From Chloroflexota bacterium (GTDB lineage: Bacteria > Chloroflexota > Limnocylindria > Limnocylindrales > CSP1-4): DNA of 55,604 nucleotides. Positions within the stretch are counted from its first letter, which is position 1; each line of letters opens with the position of its first letter. The notes under the pieces were generated by a model, which was not told the DNA's origin, did no database searches, and saw only the letters and a program-made list of their open reading frames with translations. Shown piece by piece: positions 36,621 to 46,674 of this stretch. The position numbers and the translations under genes are program-made. The stretch covers positions 1 to 55,604 of the forward strand of contig PLZO01000029.1 of NCBI GenBank assembly GCA_003152165.1, in the 5' to 3' direction.

Positions 36621-36849
36621 TCATCCGGACGGTACCGCTTGGCGGATCGTGTCGTCCATGGTCACGGGGAGCGTGCCCTCGAACCCGAGCATCGTCATCC
36701 CCAGGCTGTCGCCGACGAGCACGATGTCGATGCCCGCCTGTTCCTGGAGGTGCCGTCGAGTAGTCGTAGCAGGTCAGCATCGTGATCGGCTGGCCGGCCG
36801 CGACCTTGACGAAGAGGGAGGGGAGGGAGACCTTCTTGCGATCGCTCAC
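36621..36849 (-). pseudogene. panB: panB (3-methyl-2-oxobutanoate hydroxymethyltransferase) 5' remnant
   Basis: [32 protein letters not shown], then after a 1-nt shift [40 protein letters not shown], then a stop. Its GTG start overlaps the NHL gene stop (GTGA). Confidence 0.65.
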
Positions 36850-37880
36850 GTCAACGCTCCTTGTGGGTGCTGGGCGGAACCGCCGAGGGATGAACGGCCC
36901 CGTGCGCCGGTGAGGGTGCACTTGTGGAGCGTGCGCTCGTGCTCCTGGTGGGTGAAGCTGAAGCTCACCTCCGCCACGTAGAGATCTCCGTGCGAGTCGA
37001 TGGCCAGGCCGTGTGGGGCGATGAGCGCCTGCGACCCGTCAGGGCCGGCCAGGTCGGTGCGTCTTCCGAGTACCACACCGTCCGCATCGAGGACCGTGAG
37101 CCGGGCCGGTTCATCTACCTCCAGGATGCCGCGGCGTAGGCGCCGCTCGCCGCTCCGCCACCCGAGCTCCGCCACGAGGATCCGCCCCAACAGGTCCTGG
37201 ATGACCGTCGTCGGACGCTGCACGTCCGTCCACTCGGTCACGTACCCGCCGGTCGGCGTGAAGATCTGGAGCCGGTCGTTCTCACGGTCCGCGACCACCA
37301 CCCGGCCATCCGCGAGCACGCACACGGAGTGGGGCAGATTGAACTGCCCGGGGCCGGTCCCCGGCTCGCCCCACGATCGGATCAGCGTGCCCTCGGCGTC
37401 GAAGTGATGGACGCGCGAGTTCGCATATCCGTCCGACACGTAGATGTCGCCATCCGCCCCGAGGGCAACCTTCGTGGGGTGGTTGAATGGGGCACCACCG
37501 TAGCGAACCGACGTGCACCAGGCGGGGACCGGGAGACTCTCGTCGAAGCCGGTGGCGGACGGCACACCCGGCGTCCCGATCACCCGGATCGGTTCGCCCG
37601 TGCGTCCGAAGACGCGCACGATGTGCTCCGGGTCATCAACGACGTAGGCGGTGCCGTCGGCGGCGACCGTGATAGCGTGCGGTCGCGCGCTCAGCAGGCC
37701 CTCGCCAAATGAGCGCAGGAAGCGTCCCTCGGCGTCGTAGACGAGCACGGCCCCGGGCATGCGGGTGAGGACGTACACGCGATCGGCCCCGTCGACCGCG
37801 ACGTCCGGCACCTCCGTGCGGGTTCGCCCAACCGGGATCTGTTCCCAGCCCGGGATCAGCTGATGGGCGAATTGCTGCAT
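36846..37880 (-). CDS. NHL-repeat six-bladed beta-propeller protein
   Basis: I start it at MQQFAHQLIPGW. Repeated blades include HAITVAADGTAYVVDDPEHIVRVF, PTKVALGADGDIYVSDGYANSRVHHF, PHSVCVLADGRVVVADRENDRLQIF and PHGLAIDSHGDLYVAE. Confidence 0.8.
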   Translation of the reverse strand: MQQFAHQLIPGWEQIPVGRTRTEVPDVAVDGADRVYVLTRMPGAVLVYDAEGRFLRSFGEGLLSARPHAITVAADGTAYVVDDPEHIVRVFGRTGEPIRVIGTPGVPSATGFDESLPVPAWCTSVRYGGAPFNHPTKVALGADGDIYVSDGYANSRVHHFDAEGTLIRSWGEPGTGPGQFNLPHSVCVLADGRVVVADRENDRLQIFTPTGGYVTEWTDVQRPTTVIQDLLGRILVAELGWRSGERRLRRGILEVDEPARLTVLDADGVVLGRRTDLAGPDGSQALIAPHGLAIDSHGDLYVAEVSFSFTHQEHERTLHKCTLTGARGRSSLGGSAQHPQGALT

Positions 37881-38477
37881 GGCCTGCACCGGTGCACCTC
37901 TCAGTTCGGTACCCGCACGGGCATCGACCGTGCTGTGAAACACAGGGTTGCCAAGTGAACGGGGGCTCGCCGCAGCGGAGTGAGCTCGCGTGTCATCCGT
38001 CGCGCAGCGCCTGGAGACTGGGACGCTCGAGGACCGCGGGATTGGCCACGAACACGGGCACGTGCCCGCGCCGAACGGCAACGATCGCCCGCATCGCGCT
38101 GCTGCCGCTCCCCAACGCCCACTCGTCGGTCATCACCAGCCCGTTAGGGCTCAGCATGACGTTGGGCATCCGGGTCAGCACGCATCTTGACAAGGGCTCA
38201 TCGCGGGCCCGGCGGCCGACAGCGATCGTCATGCCAGGTGCCCCCTGTGAACCGCCCGGGCGGGAGCGCCGAGTCTTGATTCGTGCCAAAGTTGCTCGCC
38301 GAGCGCGTGGGACAGGCGCCGTTCCAGTTGCTGGATACGCGCGGTGAGCCGGATGGTTCGTTCCTGCGCGACGAGAAGTGCGGCCCGCAGCGAGGCGCAG
38401 CTGACCATTCGGCCGATCCCGGCGGCGCGGGGGTTCGGCTTTCGGCTGGAGTAGGTCGCGGTGCAGGCAGCGGACCT

Positions 38478-39236
38478 TCAAAGTCGTTGGGCGATCTGTT
38501 CCGCGGTCAGCCGTACCTGTTCTCCGACCCAGTCCATGGCCTCGTTGCTGAACAGGGAGACGCCTATGCTCGCCTCGATCCGGCCATCTCGCACGGACAC
38601 AGGAGCGGACACCCCCCAGGTGCCGGGGATTACCTCCTCGTGGGTCACTACGTAGCCGACCACGCGCGCCTGGGTCACCTCGTATCTCTCACTGGACTCA
38701 GGTGCTCGCGCGGCGAGGATAGCGAGGCCAGCCGATCCGCGCGTGAGTGGGTGGCTTTGGCCCGCACGGTAAGCGATGTGGACGTCGGCTCGTCGGGGTT
38801 CAACGGTCGCGAGCACGACGACTTCGTCACCGTCAGCTATGGCTATGTTGGCCGTCGCTTTCACCGTGTCAGCCAGTTCCCCCAGAAGGGGCAACGCAAC
38901 CGAACGTAGGTCCTGACTGACCGCTTTCGCGAGGCGGATGATGCCGGCAGCGAGTTGGTAACGCTTGTCCTCGTCGCACGTGACGAGATGGTGCGCGGCG
39001 AGGGTGCGGAGGAGCCGGTGGACAATCGTGCGGTCGAGTCTGAGATTGGTGGCAATCTCTGTCATTGTGAGACCGCTCGGGAGATCTGCCACCAGGTCGA
39101 GGACCCTGAGCCCGCGATCCAACGTCTTTGCGACGTCATTGGCCTGGCGCACCGCGGCATAGTCACCTCTAACTGACCTGGGATCGGTGGCGCTCAACTC
39201 CAAACTGGATCCCAATGCGGATACCTCCATCGACAT
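38478..39236 (-). CDS. IclR-family transcriptional regulator
   Basis: TLDRGLRVLDLVADLPSGLTMTEIATNLRLDRTIVHRLLRTLAAHHLV plus an effector domain. It is divergent from the M24 gene. Confidence 0.9.
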   Translation of the reverse strand: MSMEVSALGSSLELSATDPRSVRGDYAAVRQANDVAKTLDRGLRVLDLVADLPSGLTMTEIATNLRLDRTIVHRLLRTLAAHHLVTCDEDKRYQLAAGIIRLAKAVSQDLRSVALPLLGELADTVKATANIAIADGDEVVVLATVEPRRADVHIAYRAGQSHPLTRGSAGLAILAARAPESSERYEVTQARVVGYVVTHEEVIPGTWGVSAPVSVRDGRIEASIGVSLFSNEAMDWVGEQVRLTAEQIAQRL

Positions 39237-39388
39237 CCCCCTTGACGCGGTAACTAGCCCGATCTACAGTTCAAGCATAACGCACGGTGCATGCGTATAT
39301 CGCACAGTCTACGGGCGATCGCTCGGGTCCGCAACTCGTCTGGCAGCCGACCACGAGCGACCGATCGGACGAAAGAGGGGAAAGCACG

Positions 39389-41074
39389 TTGCGCTTCGTG
39401 ACGAACGACCCAGCGAAGGTGGCCGAAGCCACAGGCTTCGACTCCTGGTATCGCTCGCTCCCGCCGAAGCTCGGCATCGACCAGTCCCGCACGGTACTCC
39501 CGATCCTCGTCACCGGCGGCGACATCGCCCCGGTCGTTGTGACGAAGGAAATCGATCGGACCAACCTCGAGTCGATCGACAACCCGGGAGTGCGGTTCGT
39601 CTTCCACAGCCCCTACTTTTCGTTCGACGCGCTCGACCGGCCCAGCGACGCTTACGCCAGTCTGCCCGAAGCCGTTTCGGACGTGGTTGGCTCCGATGCC
39701 GAGCTCGACCCCGACCTGGCGGTGGGCCTGTACGCGGAGCTGGCCGAGCGGCTCGGCACCCCGTCGGTCAGCAGCGGCGAGTTCCAGGCTCCGATGAACC
39801 ACTACCGGGTGCCACGCGCCACGGTTTCGGCCCAAGCGACCCACGGCCGGGACACCGCAGCGATCGCCGCCGCGCCGTACATCGACGCGATGGAGGCGCC
39901 GGGCCGGATCCGGGAGTGGCTCGCGAAGCCAGCCGGTGACGTCCTGTCGTCCCTGGACGACCTGATGCGGCGGGCGACCCTCGACGCCGTCCTCGCCAGC
40001 ACCCCACTCAACGTCCAGGAACTCACAGGGGTCCCGGCCGTTCTCCTCGCCGACGGGGTCTGGGCGGTCTACTTGCGGGAGGCGCCCGAGGTGCACGTTC
40101 TGGCGCGCAGGGAACTGCCATGGCTGGGACTGCCCGAGCCGGCACCCTCCGATCGTGGTTCGGTGCGGCGCCTCACGGACGGCGCGCGCCTCGGCTACGA
40201 GGAGCTCGACCTGACCCGCCGGGCGTTCGCAGGGTTCGGCCTCGACGGCGTGGCCGCCCTGCCCGCCAGCCTCGTGTTACGCCGGTGGCGCGAGTCCCGC
40301 ACCAGCGAGGACGCCGCCTACTACCTCATGGGCGCGCACATTACCCGTACCGGCATCGACGCCGCGATATGCCTGACCGAGCAGGCCATGGCCTCGGGGG
40401 ACTACGCCACCGAGCTTGACGCGTACGAACGCTACCGGGCCACCGTCGCCGCCGAGGTCGCTAAGCTGCCGATTCGAGTGCGCACGTATTTTACCCACAC
40501 CCACGCGGGCGACCGCACCCACATTCCGGCGAGCGCGACCACGCACCGGATTCACCCGCGGACCAGCCTAAAGATCGATGCTGGCCTAGAGGTCTATGAC
40601 GAGCGTGGTTACCTGCGCGCGGTCTCCGACATCACCCGGTCGGCGGTGGGCAGACCAGAGGCGAGGGAGTTCTACCGGCTGCTCGACCGGACACTCACCG
40701 AGAGCGTGATCGCTGCCTGCCGTCCCGGGCGGACCGGTCAGGAGGTCTTCGCAGCGGGCATGAACGAGCTGGAGCGGGACCGCTCGTGGCTGGTGGAATC
40801 GGGGTTCTGCCCGCCGTCGGACGGATCCCTCGCCGAGATATTCGGCCGTGACATCGGGCACCTGCTGGGCAAGCAAGAGCCGGCGACCGTCGTGCTGCAA
40901 AAGGGATGTGCCGAAACGCTCGAGCCGGGCATGGTCGCCGCAGCCGAGATCCAGTGGCCCTACCGTGACTACTGCATCGGCGTCGAAGACGTCTTCCTCG
41001 TCACACACGACGAGCCGATCAACCTCACCCGAGTGGCCAGACCGAGCGTGTCCTGGAGTCCGGGGATGCGCTGA
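39389..41074 (+). CDS. M24-family (creatinase / Xaa-Pro peptidase fold) hydrolase with a long N-terminal region
   Basis: The C-terminal pita-bread domain reads LKIDAGLEVYDERGYLRAVSDITRS, RDIGHLLG, LEPGMVAAAEIQW and GVEDVFLVTHDEPINLT. I place the start at TTG 39389 after GAGGGG; the track ORF starts at 39287. Confidence 0.75.
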   Translation: MRFVTNDPAKVAEATGFDSWYRSLPPKLGIDQSRTVLPILVTGGDIAPVVVTKEIDRTNLESIDNPGVRFVFHSPYFSFDALDRPSDAYASLPEAVSDVVGSDAELDPDLAVGLYAELAERLGTPSVSSGEFQAPMNHYRVPRATVSAQATHGRDTAAIAAAPYIDAMEAPGRIREWLAKPAGDVLSSLDDLMRRATLDAVLASTPLNVQELTGVPAVLLADGVWAVYLREAPEVHVLARRELPWLGLPEPAPSDRGSVRRLTDGARLGYEELDLTRRAFAGFGLDGVAALPASLVLRRWRESRTSEDAAYYLMGAHITRTGIDAAICLTEQAMASGDYATELDAYERYRATVAAEVAKLPIRVRTYFTHTHAGDRTHIPASATTHRIHPRTSLKIDAGLEVYDERGYLRAVSDITRSAVGRPEAREFYRLLDRTLTESVIAACRPGRTGQEVFAAGMNELERDRSWLVESGFCPPSDGSLAEIFGRDIGHLLGKQEPATVVLQKGCAETLEPGMVAAAEIQWPYRDYCIGVEDVFLVTHDEPINLTRVARPSVSWSPGMR

Positions 41075-41084
41075 CACGCGACCA

Positions 41085-41359
41085 GCTCAACCTTGACCTC
41101 CAGGATATCTGCTATCAGTTTACGAAGACGGTGGTGTTCGTCACTCACAGTATCGGGGAGGCTATTTTCCTGTCGGATCGCGTCCCTCGTGTTCGGCCCA
41201 CGACCAGGCCGCATCGTTGATGAGTTTCACATTGACTTGCCGCGCCCACGGCGATATGCAGACAGATCGTCATACCGGTTCGGCACGTACGCCGAGAGGA
41301 TCCGGAATACATTTCAGGAAATGGGCGTCATCAAGGAGAGGAAGCTCGACAATGGATGA
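41085..41359 (+). pseudogene. 3' remnant of a NitT/TauT-type ABC ATPase (frameshifted)
   Basis: LQDICYQFTKTVVFVTHSIGEAIFLSDRV, then a shift to FGPRPGRIVDEFHIDLPRPRRYADRSSYRFGTYAERIRNTFQEMG. Walker A, the signature and Walker B are absent. Confidence 0.7.
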
Positions 41360-41401
41360 ATGCCGCTGGCGCATTGTGCACCGGACGCGAGCGGACCCGC
41401 G

Positions 41402-42304
41402 ATGCTGAAGTCGTTTCGCATATGTGAGCCGGGATCTGTGGAGGAGGCATGTGAGTTCCTCGCCCAGCACGGTCTCGCTGCCGCCGTGTACGCCGGAGGC
41501 ACAGAGCTGCTTCTCGCGATGAAGGAGGACCTGCTCGCACCGGAGTACCTCGTCGACGTCAAGCACCTCGGTTTGGGGGGCATCTCCTTCAGCAGCTCCG
41601 GACGCGAAGTGCGCATCGGTGCCACCACGACCCACCGGGAGCTCGAAGCCTGGTCAGCGTCGCGTTCGCAGTGGGAGGCGCTGGCCGAGATGGAGCACGG
41701 CGTGGCCAACGTCCGTGTCAGGAACCAGGGAACTATTGGCGGAAATCTCTGCTTCGGGGAGCCGCACGCCGACCCAGGGACCTTGCTGAGCGCGTGGGAT
41801 GCGTCAGTGGAGATCACTGATCCGCATGGGCGTCGTCAGCTGCCGATCGGCGGCTTCCTTCTCGACGAGTTCGCGACCGCCCTGGCGGAAGGGGACGTGA
41901 TGACGGCGGTGGTCATTCCGCCCGCACCGGCGCGTTCCGGCACTGCGTATCTGCGGTTCGGCTTCCTCGAGCGCCCAACGATCGGCGTGGCGACTCAGGT
42001 TGCGCTCGATCCCGACGGCGAGACAGTAAGCCAGACCCGGATTGCGGTTGGGGCGGTTGGGCCGCGGCCGGAGCGGATCGAGCCCGCCGAGTCCGAACTG
42101 GTCGGAGTGCACTCCGGCACGGGGGAGTGGCCGATGGCAGTGGCGCGGGCGGCATCTCGCGCCGCCGAGACCTGCACGGTCGCCGCCGACGCCCACGGCT
42201 CCGAAGATTACAAGCGGCACCTGGTAGAGGTCTTCGTATGGCGGGCGCTGGAAGTGGCCCGCGCACGCGCACATGCCGATGCAGCACGAAACGCAGGGCA
42301 GTGA
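41402..42304 (+). CDS. Molybdenum hydroxylase FAD-binding (medium, CoxM/XdhB-like) subunit
   Basis: MLKSFRICEPGSVEEACEFL...AVYAGGTELLLAMKE, ATTTHRELE and VRNQGTIGGNLC. Confidence 0.85.
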   Translation: MLKSFRICEPGSVEEACEFLAQHGLAAAVYAGGTELLLAMKEDLLAPEYLVDVKHLGLGGISFSSSGREVRIGATTTHRELEAWSASRSQWEALAEMEHGVANVRVRNQGTIGGNLCFGEPHADPGTLLSAWDASVEITDPHGRRQLPIGGFLLDEFATALAEGDVMTAVVIPPAPARSGTAYLRFGFLERPTIGVATQVALDPDGETVSQTRIAVGAVGPRPERIEPAESELVGVHSGTGEWPMAVARAASRAAETCTVAADAHGSEDYKRHLVEVFVWRALEVARARAHADAARNAGQ

Positions 42305-42810
42305 TGGCGAGGAGCATCGCAATGAACCGGGTCAGTGAGCGACGCAGGATCCGCTGCAAGGTAAACGGTCACGACATTGACCGCGAGGTTCCAGTTACCC
42401 AACTGCTCGTCGACTTCATCCGTGAGGACCTCAACCTGACCGGTACGAAGCGCTCATGTGACGTACAAGTCTGCGGCGTCTGCACCGTCCTCGTCGACGG
42501 GCGTCCGGTCAGCGCCTGCACGTACCTGGCGTTCGAGGCTGACGGAGCTGAGATTCAGACAATCGAGGGACTCGCGTCCGGTTCGGAACTCCACCCGATC
42601 CAGCAGGCGTTCCTCGACGAGAACGCAACTCAGTGCGGCTATTGTACGCCGGGCATGATCCTGGCCACGAAGTCTCTGCTCGAAGATGATGCCCAGCCAA
42701 ATCGAGAACGCATACGGGACTATTTGAAGGGTAACCTATGTCGCTGCACCGGGTACCAGCCGATCCTGTCCGCCGTTGTTCTTGCATCGGAACGGATCCG
42801 GCATGACTAA
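42304..42810 (+). CDS. Molybdenum hydroxylase 2x[2Fe-2S] small subunit
   Basis: The ATG at 42304 overlaps the previous stop. CDVQVCGVCTVLVDGRPVSAC, QCGYCTPGM and NLCRCTGY. Confidence 0.9.
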   Translation: MARSIAMNRVSERRRIRCKVNGHDIDREVPVTQLLVDFIREDLNLTGTKRSCDVQVCGVCTVLVDGRPVSACTYLAFEADGAEIQTIEGLASGSELHPIQQAFLDENATQCGYCTPGMILATKSLLEDDAQPNRERIRDYLKGNLCRCTGYQPILSAVVLASERIRHD

Positions 42811-45124
42811 CACGGTGGTCGGGAAGAGCATCCCCCGTGTGGACGGCATCGATAAAGTAACCGGCCGCGCGAAGTACACCGGGGACCTGAAGTTCGCGGG
42901 AATGGTACACGCCGCAATTGCGCGCAGCTCGTTCCCCCGCGCGCGCATAGACGTCATCCATGCCGACGATGTGCGACAGCGACCCGACGTGATCGCCGTC
43001 CTCACAGCAGAGCAAGTGCCGCCAAGACTCTACGGAACCTTCATCGAGGACCAACCCGTACTCGCGCACGGCGAGGCTCGGTACCAAGGCGAGCCAACGG
43101 CGGTGGTGATCGCGCGCAGCCACGAGGACGCGGTCGGCGGCGCCGCCGACCTCGAGATTGACTGGGACCCGCTCCCTGCGTTAACCACAATCGACCAGGC
43201 GCTGTCCGCAGATGCGCCGCCTGTGCACGCGGAGCAGGGGAGTGAGGGCGTGCCGTGGCTGGCACGTGAGGGCGCCAGCAGCAGGAACTGCTGCCACACG
43301 TTCGCTCGGGAACATGGCGACGTCGACCGTGCACTGGCCTCCGCTACGCACGTCTTCGAGGACACATTTGAGGTACCGGCGCTGCAGGCATTTCCCTTGG
43401 AGCGCTACGAGTGTATCGCCCTATGGGATGGCTCGGAGCTCACGATTTGGTCGGCGACGCAGTCGCCCTTCATCGTCCGGCGCGACCTCGCGCGGCTGTT
43501 CGACCTGCACCTGCACCGAGTGAACGTTGTCGCGCCCCTGATCGGCGGGGGGTTCGGCGCCAAACTCTACACAAAGATCGAACCGATCGGTGCCGCGTGC
43601 GCGTTCGCTGTCCCGGGTCGCCCGGTGAAGCTCTCGCTCAGTGCCAACGAGTCCGCCTTAACGATCACGCAACACGCAGCGCGTGTTCGACTGACAACCG
43701 GCGTCTCGGCTGACGGACTAATCGTCGCCCGTGACTGTCTCAGCCTGTTCAACACCGGCGCGTACGCCGACGCGGGTGCGCGCGTCGCGGACAAGGGCGG
43801 CTATCGCGCGCCCGGCCCGTACCGCATCGACAACGTGCGCAGCCGGTCATGCGCCGTTTACACCAACCTGCCGCCCGCCGGGGCGTACCGCGGGTTCGGC
43901 GCACCGCAGGTCGTTTGGGCCTACGAGTCGCAAATGGACGTGATCGCAGAACGCCTCAGCATGAGCCCGCTCGAACTCCGGCAGCGCAACATCCTGCATC
44001 GAGGGGAACACTTCTCCCCAGATGACACGCCGCTGGATTGCGACCTGCCTGCTTCACTCACCGTCGTTCGCGAACACATGCACGGCGCATCTACCGTCCC
44101 GCCAGACGAGTCTGGTCCGTGGCGCGTGGGCGAGGGTTACGCGGTCGGCCTGAAGGACGGCGGAGGCCAGCGCACGGCATCGAACGCCGAGGTACGCCTT
44201 GAGGAGGACGGCAGTGCGACGGTCCTCGTGGGATCCACCGAAATCGGCCAGGGCATGCTGACAGTGTTCGCGCAGCTCGTCGCGGAAGAGCTTCAGCTTG
44301 AGATCGAGCATGTGCGCGTCGCGTTGCCGGACACGCGTCGAGCCCCATACGACTCGGGAACCAATGCGAGTCGGACCCTCACGCTCGTCGGCAGTGCCGT
44401 CGTGATGGCTGCGCGCCAGATACGTGAGCAGCTCATCGACGCCTTCCGTGACCTCTACGAAGTGCCACCCGGGGCGCAGGCCGTGCTGCGACACGGTGCG
44501 CTCTCGGCCGGCCAGGTTACGGCCTCCGTCGACGAGGTGATTCGGAGGGGGAGCCTGCTGCGAGGAGGGCAGCTCATCGGGACCGGTTACTTCCGCACGA
44601 AGGCAGCCGACAACGTCCTCGGCGGCATGACGGCGTTCTGGGAGCCCGGTGTTGCTGGTGCGCAAGTGCGGGTCGACACCGAGACAGGCTCCGTTCAAAT
44701 CTTGCACTATGTCTCGATACTCGACGTAGGCAGGGCGATCAATCCGAAGCTCTGCGAGGGGCAGGACATCGGGGCTGCCGTCATGGGGATGGGAGCAGCG
44801 CTCTGCGAGCGCCTCGAGTTCGAGGGGGGGCAGCTGCTCAACGCGAGCCTTGTGGACTACCGACTCCCGACGTTCGCCGAGCTGCCGGAGCGCTTCGAGA
44901 CTGTCCTGATCGAGAATGGGGACGGCCCCGGCCCGCACGGTGCACGCGGGATCGGCGAGGGCAGCATCCTTCCCGTTGCGGCCGCGCTTGGGAACGCCAT
45001 CGCCGCTGCGACCGGCGCGCGCGTGTACAACCTGCCGATGACACCAGAAGTCATCTGGCGGGCCATGCGAGAGGCCGCAGCGGCCGAGGGATCGAACACG
45101 AGCGTTGTGCCCGAGGTCAAGTGA
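42803..45124 (+). CDS. Molybdopterin-binding large subunit, xanthine dehydrogenase / aldehyde oxidase family
   Basis: MTNTVVGKSIPRVDGIDKVTGRAKYTGD. The active-site region is PPAGAYRGFGAPQVVWAYESQMD, which is not the CO-dehydrogenase loop. 773 aa. Confidence 0.9.
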   Translation: MTNTVVGKSIPRVDGIDKVTGRAKYTGDLKFAGMVHAAIARSSFPRARIDVIHADDVRQRPDVIAVLTAEQVPPRLYGTFIEDQPVLAHGEARYQGEPTAVVIARSHEDAVGGAADLEIDWDPLPALTTIDQALSADAPPVHAEQGSEGVPWLAREGASSRNCCHTFAREHGDVDRALASATHVFEDTFEVPALQAFPLERYECIALWDGSELTIWSATQSPFIVRRDLARLFDLHLHRVNVVAPLIGGGFGAKLYTKIEPIGAACAFAVPGRPVKLSLSANESALTITQHAARVRLTTGVSADGLIVARDCLSLFNTGAYADAGARVADKGGYRAPGPYRIDNVRSRSCAVYTNLPPAGAYRGFGAPQVVWAYESQMDVIAERLSMSPLELRQRNILHRGEHFSPDDTPLDCDLPASLTVVREHMHGASTVPPDESGPWRVGEGYAVGLKDGGGQRTASNAEVRLEEDGSATVLVGSTEIGQGMLTVFAQLVAEELQLEIEHVRVALPDTRRAPYDSGTNASRTLTLVGSAVVMAARQIREQLIDAFRDLYEVPPGAQAVLRHGALSAGQVTASVDEVIRRGSLLRGGQLIGTGYFRTKAADNVLGGMTAFWEPGVAGAQVRVDTETGSVQILHYVSILDVGRAINPKLCEGQDIGAAVMGMGAALCERLEFEGGQLLNASLVDYRLPTFAELPERFETVLIENGDGPGPHGARGIGEGSILPVAAALGNAIAAATGARVYNLPMTPEVIWRAMREAAAAEGSNTSVVPEVK

Positions 45125-45154
45125 TCACGGGTTGGCGAGAGAGGGCGGTTCGGC

Positions 45155-45637
45155 ATGAAGCTGGAACGACAAGTTGACGTCATGGCGAGCCCAGAGGAAG
45201 TGTGGAAGTTCTTCTGGAACATACCAGAGCTCGCGTCCTGCATTCCTGGATGCACGAGCGCCCGCGCCGAAGGTGAACCGGGACACTACGCAGCAACGGT
45301 GAAGGTTCGCGTCGGGCAGTTTCGTGTCGAGTTCCAGCTGGAGATCGACGTCGTCGACGTGGTGGATGGTCAGAAGATCACCGCGCGCGTCCAGGGAACC
45401 GACCGGCATACGGGGGCCAGGATGGTCTCGGACCTCCAGCTCCGGGTCCTCGCCGCCGAAACGGGCGGCGCAGTCGTCTGGCTGGAGAACGACTTCCAAG
45501 TGTACGGGCGGCTGGCAAGCATGGGTCATAGCATCGTGATGCGGAGGGGCGAGGACATCATGGACGAGTTCGCCCAGAACGTGCGTACCCGCCTCTCACA
45601 CAGCGCACCGAAAGACGATGCGAGTCAACTCGCATGA
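45155..45637 (+). CDS. CoxG-like SRPBCC-fold protein
   Basis: MKLERQVDVMASPEEVWKFFWNIPELASCIPGC...GQFRVEF. Confidence 0.8.
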   Translation: MKLERQVDVMASPEEVWKFFWNIPELASCIPGCTSARAEGEPGHYAATVKVRVGQFRVEFQLEIDVVDVVDGQKITARVQGTDRHTGARMVSDLQLRVLAAETGGAVVWLENDFQVYGRLASMGHSIVMRRGEDIMDEFAQNVRTRLSHSAPKDDASQLA

Positions 45638-46674
45638 GCGCTTCGCCCCAGGGTGCAACTGAGCAAAGCGCACCTGCGTCACCGCACAAAGTCGAGTTCG
45701 GCCTCCTCATGCCGCATTTCACGGAGCACGCGTCGATGGAGTTGCTGCGGGAAGGCAGTCAGCTCGCAGACTCCCTGGGCTTCGACTCACTCTGGGTCCG
45801 CGATCACCTGTTCATATCGCCTGATCACCGGGAGCACGGCGGGATCAGCGACCCCGGGTTCATCACCGAGGGAACGCTGACCCTTGCGGCGCTCGGCGCA
45901 ATGACGAGCCACGTCAAGCTCGGCGCGGCGATCATCACGCCCCACCGTCACGCCATGAAGGTGGCGCAGCTCTTCGCGACGCTCGACTACATGACCGGCG
46001 GGCGCGCAATCCTGGGTATCGGCATGGGCTGGGATGTGCAGGAGTTCAACGCCGTGCAGATGCCCTTCGCCGCGCGCGAGCAGCTCGTCCGCGAGACCGT
46101 AGCGGTATGCCGGCGCGCGTGGGGCCAGACGGAGTTCAGCTTTGAGGGCGAGCAGTTCAAGATCCCATGGGGTAGCGTCAGCCCGCGACCCGTGAGCGGC
46201 GACCTGCCAATCTGGTATGGCGGGCTGTCATTTAAGGCGGTGGGCTTTGCCACCGAGTTCTGCGACGGCTGGATCCCTAGCCGGTTGCCGTACGACCGCA
46301 TGGCTCCGCGCCTCGAACGTGCCAGAGAACTGCTGAAGACTCGCCCGACGACGAAGCCGTTCACATTCGCCGCCATGCCACAGACCTCAATCGCGGCATC
46401 TGCGAACGACGCGCTCTCCAGTTTTAACCTGGACAAGGTCAAGGCGGAGGCGCTCCACCGCGTGCCGGTTGGGGGCGGACGGACGAGCCTCACACTCGAG
46501 GACCTCGAGGGGTATTTGATCTGGGGCAACGGGCGGGACCTTTGCCGCTACGTCGAGCGCTTCATCGAGCTCGGGGTCACCCACATCGTGTTCGACATGC
46601 GCTCGTCATTCAATCGGTTCCTGGAGAACGTGCGCCTCCTAGGCACCGAAGTGATCCCGGAGTTCAACCGATGA
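45634..46674 (+). CDS. LLM-class flavin/F420-dependent oxidoreductase
   Basis: FDSLWVRDH, KLGAAIITPHRH, ILGIGMGW and PIWYGGLSFKAV...CDGWIPSR. The ATG overlaps the CoxG stop. It is a paralogue of 32741-33802. Confidence 0.85.
   Translation: MSASPQGATEQSAPASPHKVEFGLLMPHFTEHASMELLREGSQLADSLGFDSLWVRDHLFISPDHREHGGISDPGFITEGTLTLAALGAMTSHVKLGAAIITPHRHAMKVAQLFATLDYMTGGRAILGIGMGWDVQEFNAVQMPFAAREQLVRETVAVCRRAWGQTEFSFEGEQFKIPWGSVSPRPVSGDLPIWYGGLSFKAVGFATEFCDGWIPSRLPYDRMAPRLERARELLKTRPTTKPFTFAAMPQTSIAASANDALSSFNLDKVKAEALHRVPVGGGRTSLTLEDLEGYLIWGNGRDLCRYVERFIELGVTHIVFDMRSSFNRFLENVRLLGTEVIPEFNR

Noticed and set aside
37993-38410. Two possible fragments on the minus strand. MTIAVGRRARDEPLSRC...AMRAIVAVRRGHVPVFVANPAVLERPSLQALRDG is vaguely like the C-terminus of an Asp/Glu/hydantoin racemase or maleate isomerase. 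ASLRAALLVAQERTIRLTARIQQLERRLSHALGEQLWHESRLG resembles tails of small proteins found with tyrosine recombinases.
   Set aside because: The similarities are too weak and short to call from memory. They need BLASTX or HMM confirmation.
41402-45637. Annotating the M/S/L + CoxG genes as aerobic CO dehydrogenase (coxMSL).
   Set aside because: The large subunit shows AYRGFGAPQ, typical of xanthine-DH/aldehyde-oxidase-type hydroxylases, not the CODH active-site loop (VAYRCSFR-type). The neighbouring amidase, RidA and aldolase genes argue for organic substrate catabolism.
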